DNA of 64,000 nucleotides from Bacteroidota bacterium. Lineage in GTDB: Bacteria > Bacteroidota > Bacteroidia > Bacteroidales > VadinHA17. A program made the translations under genes and the position numbers. Under the pieces are notes generated by a model. That model was not told where the DNA came from, did no database searches, and saw only the letters and a list, made by a program, of their open reading frames with translations. How positions within the stretch are numbered: the stretch's first letter is position 1; each line of letters begins with the position of its first letter. This document shows, piece by piece, positions 57,059 to 64,000 of this stretch. The stretch lies in NCBI GenBank assembly GCA_034659275.1, contig JAYEGY010000117.1, forward strand, positions 42,809 to 106,808, given 5' to 3'.

Positions 57059-57808
57059 ATGATTTTAAATAAAACCAGTTCCATGGATCTGAAATCAGCC
57101 ATCAATATTATTATTCGTGATCTTAAGGAAGCCGGTGACCTGATTGATGACCTTAAAAACAAACCCGAATTACCCGATCTCCAGATTGAGCTTGTCAGGT
57201 CAAAATGCAAGAGCGCCGAGGATTTGATAAAGATTGTAGGTGACATTATCACAGATGCCGGTAATGAAGTTGATATGAAGGCTGACATTAAGGAAAGCAT
57301 AATTAATAATGATATTTCAAACGTCCAGGAAGAAATTGCTGAAGGGGAAAAAAGAGAGAAAGAGGAAGAGGAAGAAAAAGAAAAAACATTGACAGAAGAG
57401 ACTGTGGATACACCCCGGGAGGAGATTATCACAGACCATAGTGACCCTGAGGACAGCACCATTAAAACAGAAAAGAAAAGTGAACAGATAATTGCTGACA
57501 GGTTTGCCCACCTGTCGAGCCGGATAAATGAAAAAGTGGGCGATACCAAAAAAGCGGAAGGTAAAACACGCTCAATACCGGTAACTGACCTGAACCGGGC
57601 TATAGGCATTAACGACAGGTTTTACTTTATCAGGGAACTTTTCAGTGGCAAAGAAGAACCTTACAGGCAAACAATTAACAGCCTGAACAATGTATCAACT
57701 AAAGAAGAAGCAACACGCATTCTCAATGATACTTTAAAAGATATGGCTGACTCGGAGCCTGCACGTCAATTGCTCGAACTGGTTGAAAGAAAACTATCAG
57801 CAAAATAA
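57059..57808 (+). CDS. Hypothetical protein with acidic low-complexity centre
   Basis: 249-aa ORF. The conserved-looking C-terminal block is IADRFAHLSSRINEK…LNRAIGINDRFYFIRELFSG. No family name recognised. Confidence 0.5.
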   Translation: MILNKTSSMDLKSAINIIIRDLKEAGDLIDDLKNKPELPDLQIELVRSKCKSAEDLIKIVGDIITDAGNEVDMKADIKESIINNDISNVQEEIAEGEKREKEEEEEKEKTLTEETVDTPREEIITDHSDPEDSTIKTEKKSEQIIADRFAHLSSRINEKVGDTKKAEGKTRSIPVTDLNRAIGINDRFYFIRELFSGKEEPYRQTINSLNNVSTKEEATRILNDTLKDMADSEPARQLLELVERKLSAK

Positions 57809-57809
57809 A

Positions 57810-58481
57810 ATGGGCAGGTTGTATATTATCCCAACACCTATTGGAAACCTTAAGGACATTACTTTGAGGGCTGTGGAAATACTCAAGGATGTTGATCTTG
57901 TACTCGCTGAAGATACACGCAAGTCAGGATTACTGCTAAAACACTTTGGCATAAGCATCCCTCTTGCCTCGCATCATAAATTCAACGAACACAGGGAGTC
58001 AGAGAGAATTTGCGAGCAACTTGCATCAGGCAAAAATATTGCTCTTATTACTGATGCAGGCACTCCCGGAATATCCGACCCAGGCTTTTTACTGGTAAGA
58101 ACATGCATTGAAAAAAATATCATAGTCGAAACTTTGCCGGGGGCAACAGCTTTCATCCCTGCCCTGGTCAACTCAGGACTTCCCTGCGACAGGTTCTGTT
58201 TTGAAGGATTCCTTCCCCAGAAAAAAGGCAGGATGAAAAAGATAAAAAAACTCGAGAATGAAGAAAGGACAATGGTTTTTTATGAGTCACCTCACAGAGT
58301 ATTAAAACTAATAAATCAGCTTATTGATGTTTTTGGAGGACACAGAAAAGCTTCATTGTCAAGAGAGCTTACCAAGATACACGAGGAAAATGTAAGGGGT
58401 AACCTGGAAGAACTTGCTGCAAAGCTCAAGGATGTCCAACCCAGGGGGGAATATGTGCTGGTTGTAGCCGGGAAGGATTAA
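57810..58481 (+). CDS. rsmI: 16S rRNA (cytidine1402-2'-O)-methyltransferase
   Basis: I place the start at the ATG at 57810 (MGRLYIIPTPIGNLKDITLRAVEILKDVDLVLAEDTR), 1 nt after the upstream stop. Confidence 0.9.
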   Translation: MGRLYIIPTPIGNLKDITLRAVEILKDVDLVLAEDTRKSGLLLKHFGISIPLASHHKFNEHRESERICEQLASGKNIALITDAGTPGISDPGFLLVRTCIEKNIIVETLPGATAFIPALVNSGLPCDRFCFEGFLPQKKGRMKKIKKLENEERTMVFYESPHRVLKLINQLIDVFGGHRKASLSRELTKIHEENVRGNLEELAAKLKDVQPRGEYVLVVAGKD

Positions 58482-58552
58482 GTATTTAACTATTTTTGTG
58501 GCTGGTCCATGAAAATTTTTTGCGATTGATTCGTTATTATATAAAATGATGT

Positions 58553-61222
58553 ATGAAAAAAGCCCTGCTAACAATATATATCCTCTCGATCACTATCCTG
58601 AGTTCTGAAGCCCAATGCCTGAAAGGGATAATCAGAAATACAGAGGGAGAACCCGTAAGGTATGCCACAGTATACATAAGCGAGCTTAAGCACGGAACCA
58701 CTGCAAATATTAAGGGTGAATACGAGATAAGACTTAAACCCGGGACCTATAAAGTCTTTTTCCAGAGCCTGGGCTTTTCGCCGGAGATAAAGAACATTAC
58801 AATGGGGAAGGCAGATAAAAAGCTGGACGTAACACTTACCATGCAATATTACCAGATACCCGAGGTCAGGGTGACAGCCACCGGTGAAGATCCTGCATAC
58901 AGAATAATGAGAAAAGCTATTGGTCTGGCTCCGTACCATCTAAACCGGATAAAGCATTATGAAGCCGAGGTGTACATCAAAGGCAGTGTGGTAGTTAATA
59001 AAATACCTCGCCTGTTAACCAGGAACATAAGTGCGGAAGACCTGGAAATAAAGGAGGGTGACAGCTATCTTATCGAATCAATTAATAAGATTGAATATGA
59101 TGCTCCTGATGTATACAGGCAAACTGTTATTGCACAGCACAGCACTTTTCCTGATATGGGAGAGTCGGAAATATCCCCGATGGACGTGATCAGGGCAAGT
59201 TTTTACCAGCCGGTATTAGCCGATATAGCTATCAGTCCTCTCTCACCGAATGCCATGTCGCATTACAACTTTAGTTATGAAGGCTCAACACCCCAGGGTA
59301 AATACATCGTCAATAAAATAAAGGTAATACCAAAAAGGAAAAGCCAACAGGTTTTTGATGGTATTATTTACATAATAGAAGACCTGTGGTGCATCCATAG
59401 CCTTGACCTCACCAATGAAAACCTGGCAGGCTCAATAAATATTCAACAGGTGTACACCCCTGTACAGGATGATATCTGGATGCCCGTAAGCCATAATTTT
59501 GATGTAAATATATCAATGGTGGGAGTTGATGCTGATGGTACATATGGAAGCGCAGTTACATATACCGAAGTCGAACCGAACACTGAACTACCAGAGCCTG
59601 AAGAACTTGCTCTTAATCCCACAGCGGAACAGGTAATTCTTGAAGAACAACGTGAAACATCAAAAACACAACAAAAAATAGAAGAAATACTCCAGAAAGA
59701 TGAGTTAAGCAACAGGGATATGTCAAGACTTTCAAGGCTGATGGAAAAGGAAGCTGAAGAATCAGAACCGGGGGAAGATGACCTTGAAATAAAGAAGACC
59801 ACAAGCTATAACATTAAAGAAGATGCCAACAAGAAAAATACCGAATACTGGGCCGAAGTCCGCCCTATACCTCTTTCCGAAGAGGAAAAGGAAAGTATAA
59901 GGATAGGTGACAGCCTGGAGGTGGAAGCAGGACTAAGAGAATCTTCAGCCTCACGCGACACTACTGCAAGGGGCCAAGGGAATGGCCGTCAAAGCAAATT
60001 TTTAAGTGTGATGAATGACTTATTGCTTGGTGAAACATGGTATGACAAAAACAGGACCAACCGGTTCAGACTGGGAGGATTGATCGATCTCGACCATTTT
60101 GGTTTTAACAGCGTTGACGGCTTCAAATATGGGATTGACTTTAGTTATGAGCATACTCCGGATTCAGGTATGACATTTTCAGTAAATCCTGTTCTTGGAT
60201 GGAATTTCGCAAGGGAAAGGCTTAACTGGAGGATCAGCGGTATGATCAGATATAATCATATGAAGCAGTCACGTATAGTTTTCTGGGGAGGCATTGGCAG
60301 CCAGGATTTTACCAATTCGGCGGGGATAAGCCCTTTCATTAATATGGCCACCTCCCTGTTGTATAAAGACAACTATCTAAAACTGTACGAAAGCAGGTAT
60401 CTGACAATAAGCCAGCGCACAGAATATTTCAACGGTTTCTACCTTGAACTAAGGTATGCCTGCGATGACCGCAGCCTGCTGAACAACAACACCAATTTCT
60501 CCCTTTTCAACAAAGATGAGGATTACTCAGAAAATATTCCCTCAAATGAGTATCTGGGAGCCGGCGGTGATACAGATGCTGATTACCTGCTTACCAACCA
60601 TGTTCATCACCAGTTCTCTACTGTGATATCTTACATACCAAGACAGAGATACAGAATAAATAACGGAAGGAAATCTTCAGCCGGTTCTGACTATCCTACT
60701 TTTAAGATATATTATGATCATGGTATAAATATTACACCCGATAACGAATATCATCATTTTGACCATATCCAGTTTGAAGCAAATAAGACCAGGTCGATTG
60801 GTGCTTTCAACGAATATTCATGGCGATTCAGAGCAGGGGGCTTCCCTAAGAATAAGAAGCTACAGTTCCAGGATTTCAATCATTTCAATACACAATCACT
60901 GCCCTTCCAGATCCGCAATCACCAGGATGTATTTATGCTTCCTGATTATTATACCATGGCAACGCCTGAATATTATATTGAAGCTCACTTCAGGTATACA
61001 ACACCTTACCTTCTTATCAAGCTGCTACCCTTTCTCAGTAATACCCTCATGCGGGAAAATGTCAGCCTTTCTTATCTGTACACTCCCCATACCGGTAATT
61101 ATTACGAACTGGCATACGGTCTCAGCGAGATTTTCCTTATTGGCAAGATTGGAGTATTTGTGGGCTTTGAAGATCTCACCTATAAGTCTGCAGGCTTAAG
61201 ATTTACCTTTATCTTCAGGTAG
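58553..61222 (+). CDS. CarboxypepD_reg-like + DUF5686-type large outer-membrane-associated protein
   Basis: 889-aa ORF with a signal peptide and an N-terminal carboxypeptidase-regulatory-like beta-sandwich (GIIRNTEGEPVRYATVYI…). The C-terminal region is long and beta-rich. Confidence 0.65.
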   Translation: MKKALLTIYILSITILSSEAQCLKGIIRNTEGEPVRYATVYISELKHGTTANIKGEYEIRLKPGTYKVFFQSLGFSPEIKNITMGKADKKLDVTLTMQYYQIPEVRVTATGEDPAYRIMRKAIGLAPYHLNRIKHYEAEVYIKGSVVVNKIPRLLTRNISAEDLEIKEGDSYLIESINKIEYDAPDVYRQTVIAQHSTFPDMGESEISPMDVIRASFYQPVLADIAISPLSPNAMSHYNFSYEGSTPQGKYIVNKIKVIPKRKSQQVFDGIIYIIEDLWCIHSLDLTNENLAGSINIQQVYTPVQDDIWMPVSHNFDVNISMVGVDADGTYGSAVTYTEVEPNTELPEPEELALNPTAEQVILEEQRETSKTQQKIEEILQKDELSNRDMSRLSRLMEKEAEESEPGEDDLEIKKTTSYNIKEDANKKNTEYWAEVRPIPLSEEEKESIRIGDSLEVEAGLRESSASRDTTARGQGNGRQSKFLSVMNDLLLGETWYDKNRTNRFRLGGLIDLDHFGFNSVDGFKYGIDFSYEHTPDSGMTFSVNPVLGWNFARERLNWRISGMIRYNHMKQSRIVFWGGIGSQDFTNSAGISPFINMATSLLYKDNYLKLYESRYLTISQRTEYFNGFYLELRYACDDRSLLNNNTNFSLFNKDEDYSENIPSNEYLGAGGDTDADYLLTNHVHHQFSTVISYIPRQRYRINNGRKSSAGSDYPTFKIYYDHGINITPDNEYHHFDHIQFEANKTRSIGAFNEYSWRFRAGGFPKNKKLQFQDFNHFNTQSLPFQIRNHQDVFMLPDYYTMATPEYYIEAHFRYTTPYLLIKLLPFLSNTLMRENVSLSYLYTPHTGNYYELAYGLSEIFLIGKIGVFVGFEDLTYKSAGLRFTFIFR

Positions 61223-62510
61223 TACCTTCGATAAGTTCATCATCCCTGTACTTATCAAGCATATTTTTTTTTGCTTTAACACCCAACTCTTTGAGGTGCC
61301 CCACCCTGGTAATGAGGTTCCCCCTTCCGGTTAATTTCATTACAGTCTCGTCGTATTGTTTCTGAGTTTCATTCAGTTTCTTCCCAAGCTTTTCAAGTCT
61401 TTCAAGAAGAAGGACAAAATCGTCATACAGGGCTCCACCCTGTCTTGCTATCTCAATAACATTCCTGCTCTGGTATTCCTGTTTCCATATACTCTCAATC
61501 ATCTTAAGTGCAGCAATAAGATTGGTTGGACTGATAAGGAGAACCCTTTTTTCATATGAATCTGACCACAGCCTGTTGTCAGACTGCAAGGTCAGGAAAT
61601 ATGCCGGTTCAACAGGCATGAACATCATTACAAAATCAACTGTCTCAAGTTCATACTCATCCTGGTAATCTTTTGCAGCAAGCTTATTAAGATGAGTTCT
61701 TACTGAATGAAGGTGAGTTTTTATGCCCTGTTCCTTTTCTGCCTCTGTTTCTGCGTTAACATATTGTTCATAGCCTATTAATGATACTTTTGAATCAATT
61801 ATTATACTACGGTTGCCCGGGTATTTAACAATTACATCAGGTTGTAATCTTCCTCCTTCATCGGTAGTATATGATTCCTGTACGAAGAATTCCCTGTCTT
61901 TTACCAGGCCCGATTTTTCGAGTATACTTTCAAGTATCATCTCACCCCAGTTACCCCGTGCTTTCGAATCCCCTTTAAGTGCCCTTGTCAATGCGCTGGC
62001 TTCATCGCTGATTTTGGTGTTCAGTTTTTCCAGCTCAGCAATCTTCGTCATCAGTGAAGCACGGTCCTTACTGCTTTCCAGCCTTGTTTTTTCAACCTTA
62101 TCCCTGAAATCCTTCAGGTTTTCATTAAAAGGTTTTAATATATTATCCAGTTTTTCGGTATTTTCCCTGGTAAATTTCCTGCTTTTTTCCTCAAGGATTT
62201 CATCAGCCAGCAGCCTGAATTCTTTCTTCATCCTCTCCTGCATTTCCTCAAGCTCTTTTTTCTGATCCTCGAGTTTCTCACCCAGTGATTCAATATTAGC
62301 ATCCCTTGACGCAACCATGGCTGTCAGCTTTCGTATCTCTGCCTCTTTGTCTGCCAACTCGGTCTTATAATCAGATATAGTTGCCCTGAGATCATTAATA
62401 TGTACACCTTCTGTGGCACGCGTAGCTTTTTTTCTCAGTACCTGTATAATAGACATTAGTAATACACCTGCTGCCAGTCCGGCTAGAAAAAAAACACTGT
62501 TGTCAAGCAT
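61215..62510 (-). CDS. rmuC: DNA recombination protein RmuC
   Basis: 431-aa ORF with an N-terminal TM segment, a long coiled coil and a C-terminal RmuC nuclease-like block (PDVIVKYPGNRSIIIDSKVSL…FVMMFMPVE). Overlaps the convergent upstream gene end by 8 nt. Confidence 0.9.
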   Translation of the reverse strand: MLDNSVFFLAGLAAGVLLMSIIQVLRKKATRATEGVHINDLRATISDYKTELADKEAEIRKLTAMVASRDANIESLGEKLEDQKKELEEMQERMKKEFRLLADEILEEKSRKFTRENTEKLDNILKPFNENLKDFRDKVEKTRLESSKDRASLMTKIAELEKLNTKISDEASALTRALKGDSKARGNWGEMILESILEKSGLVKDREFFVQESYTTDEGGRLQPDVIVKYPGNRSIIIDSKVSLIGYEQYVNAETEAEKEQGIKTHLHSVRTHLNKLAAKDYQDEYELETVDFVMMFMPVEPAYFLTLQSDNRLWSDSYEKRVLLISPTNLIAALKMIESIWKQEYQSRNVIEIARQGGALYDDFVLLLERLEKLGKKLNETQKQYDETVMKLTGRGNLITRVGHLKELGVKAKKNMLDKYRDDELIEGTT

Positions 62511-62580
62511 AGTTATCCGGTATTTTTCAAATATTTAAAACCTACAACAAAAATACCTGTTTTACTTTTGATATTACATT

Positions 62581-64000
62581 CTATGGCAGTTCATCATCTG
62601 AACCGTTTTCTGTACTCAGGCTATTGCCATCGGAAGGTATATCCTTATTCATTTTAGAGCTCACGGTAAAGGAATCAGAAATATTCTGCTGCCCTATTGC
62701 TTCATAGTTAAGGTCTTCAACATCAATAAATTGTGCTCTTTCCTCCCTGAACCGTAGTAAGACGTCATCAACAGGTCCATTCCTGTTTTTCGCTAGTATG
62801 ATCTCGGCTATACCTTTTGAGGGCATATCGTTATCAAGTGTTGTAAATCCATATTTTTCAGGCCTGTGGATAAAGATTACCATATCGGCATCCTGTTCAA
62901 TGGCTCCTGATTCACGGAGATCTGACAATTGGGGCCTTTTGTTTCCGCCCCTTACTTCCACAGACCGGTTAAGCTGGCTCAATGCAACAATTGGCACATC
63001 CAGTTCTTTTGAGATACTTTTCAGTGCCCGGGAAATACTTGACACTTCCTGTTCGCGGCTACCGGCATCCCTGGGGCCTGTCATCAGCTGCAGGTAGTCA
63101 ACTATGGCTATATCCAGTTTATGCTGTGCCGATAAGCGCCTGCACTTAGCCCTTAGTTCAAATACCGATATAGCAGGGGTGTCATCAATATAGATACTGG
63201 CATCTTCCAGTGTCTTGATTTTCGTTTCAAGCTGTTTCCACTCATCTTCTTTGAGGCGGCCGTTTTTTATCCGGTTTGATGGTAATTCTGTTTCAGCCAC
63301 TATGAGGCGGTTAACCAGTTGAACAGCCGACATCTCCATCGAAAAGAAAGCCACCGACTTTTTATGGTCGATTGACATATTCCTGGCCATTGTCAATGCG
63401 AAAGCTGTTTTACCCATTGATGGCCTGGCAGCAATTATTATAAGGTCTGATCTTTGCCACCCTGAGGTAAGCCTGTCAAGCTTGGTAAATCCGGAAGGTA
63501 CCCCAACCAGGGCATCTTCTCTTTTGCTTGCTTCCTCAATCTCATGTATTGCTTCTTTAAGCACAAGGTTCAAAGGTGAAACCTCTCTTTTGATATTGCC
63601 CTCGGCTATCTGGAACAACTCATTCTCAGAATAATCAAGCAGTTCATTTATATCATTTGAATCGTCAAACGCACGGCCCTGTATTTCCGAAGTGACCCTA
63701 ATCAGTTCCCTCTGGATGAATTTCTGAGCCACTATTTTAGCATGAAACTCAACATGTGCTGCTGACACCACCTTTGAAGTCAGCTGTGTAAGGTAAACCG
63801 GTCCGCCAATATTATCCAGCTCGCCTTCTGATCTCAGCTCCTCGGTAACAGTATAAAGGTCAACCGGTAATTCTCTCTGGTTTAGAGATATGATGGCTTC
63901 ATATATTCTCTGGTGAACATCCTTGTAAAAACTTTCAGGTTTCAGAATATCAAGCACCGTTATTATTGCTTCTTTTTCAAGCATTATTGCACCCAATACC
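62581..64000 (-). CDS. dnaB: Replicative DNA helicase DnaB, N-terminus beyond window edge
   Basis: The ORF is open to the window end. Walker A is ARPSMGKTAFAL and the DnaB blocks include IVDYLQLM and SQLNR. The C-terminal tail is unusually long and acidic. Confidence 0.93.
   Translation of the reverse strand, partial: VLGAIMLEKEAIITVLDILKPESFYKDVHQRIYEAIISLNQRELPVDLYTVTEELRSEGELDNIGGPVYLTQLTSKVVSAAHVEFHAKIVAQKFIQRELIRVTSEIQGRAFDDSNDINELLDYSENELFQIAEGNIKREVSPLNLVLKEAIHEIEEASKREDALVGVPSGFTKLDRLTSGWQRSDLIIIAARPSMGKTAFALTMARNMSIDHKKSVAFFSMEMSAVQLVNRLIVAETELPSNRIKNGRLKEDEWKQLETKIKTLEDASIYIDDTPAISVFELRAKCRRLSAQHKLDIAIVDYLQLMTGPRDAGSREQEVSSISRALKSISKELDVPIVALSQLNRSVEVRGGNKRPQLSDLRESGAIEQDADMVIFIHRPEKYGFTTLDNDMPSKGIAEIILAKNRNGPVDDVLLRFREERAQFIDVEDLNYEAIGQQNISDSFTVSSKMNKDIPSDGNSLSTENGSDDELP

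Noticed and set aside
56932-57609. 225-aa minus-strand ORF antisense to the 57059..57808 gene and overlapping tdk
   Set aside because: Ser/Phe/Ile-rich low-complexity translation of the antisense of a Glu/Lys-rich gene. It overlaps the well-supported tdk start, so it is a shadow ORF.
1-64000. Search for a canonical defence, CRISPR, toxin-antitoxin, retron/DGR, prophage or biosynthetic system
   Set aside because: I recognised no reverse transcriptase, nuclease-helicase defence pair, cas gene, integrase or phage structural gene, or biosynthetic enzyme in any frame. The only mobile gene is the IS transposase.

Overview
Chromosomal segment of a Bacteroidota-type genome. The assignment rests on gldB, SPOR and DUF1573 proteins, a MurF-Alr fusion, a Nudix/NrtR-type regulator inside an arabinose cluster, and ECF sigma/anti-sigma pairs. 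Most of the window is densely packed housekeeping: the ara cluster (araB partial, araD, Nudix regulator, araA, SSS transporter), clpS-nfeD-floA, recA, two S9 peptidases, miaA, smpB, uvrA, lpd, a Zn/Mn-type ABC transporter, meaB, an Omp85-like protein, nadE, murF/alr, tdk, rsmI, rmuC and dnaB (partial). I found no rRNA, tRNA, CRISPR array, or recognisable defence, secretion or biosynthetic system. The accessory content lies at about 27-41 kb. It holds a tandem pair of M14 carboxypeptidase paralogs, the upstream one having lost every catalytic or zinc residue I could align. It also holds a ~2 kb two-ORF DDE insertion sequence with 7-bp target duplications, an in-phase A-AAA-AAG slippery site and an in-frame TGA. 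Next come a histidine kinase and OmpR-type regulator followed by a double-length PagL-like gene, and an S9 peptidase whose signal peptide is separated from the enzyme by an A7/T7 homopolymer frameshift. The most unusual signal is non-coding. Many gene 3' ends and convergent spacers carry short-period tandem arrays, mostly 7-bp period including 14- and 21-bp super-units, plus 10-, 17- and ~23-bp units. These often start at or inside the stop codon, and some pair as inverted arrays to form long hairpins. The largest is a 229-bp array beginning inside the response-regulator stop codon. Two dispersed hairpin-repeat families are also present, and the IS has inserted into one of them. A decayed bcp (peroxiredoxin) relic lies upstream of recA. 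All functional calls come from reading the translations by eye; no database search was possible.
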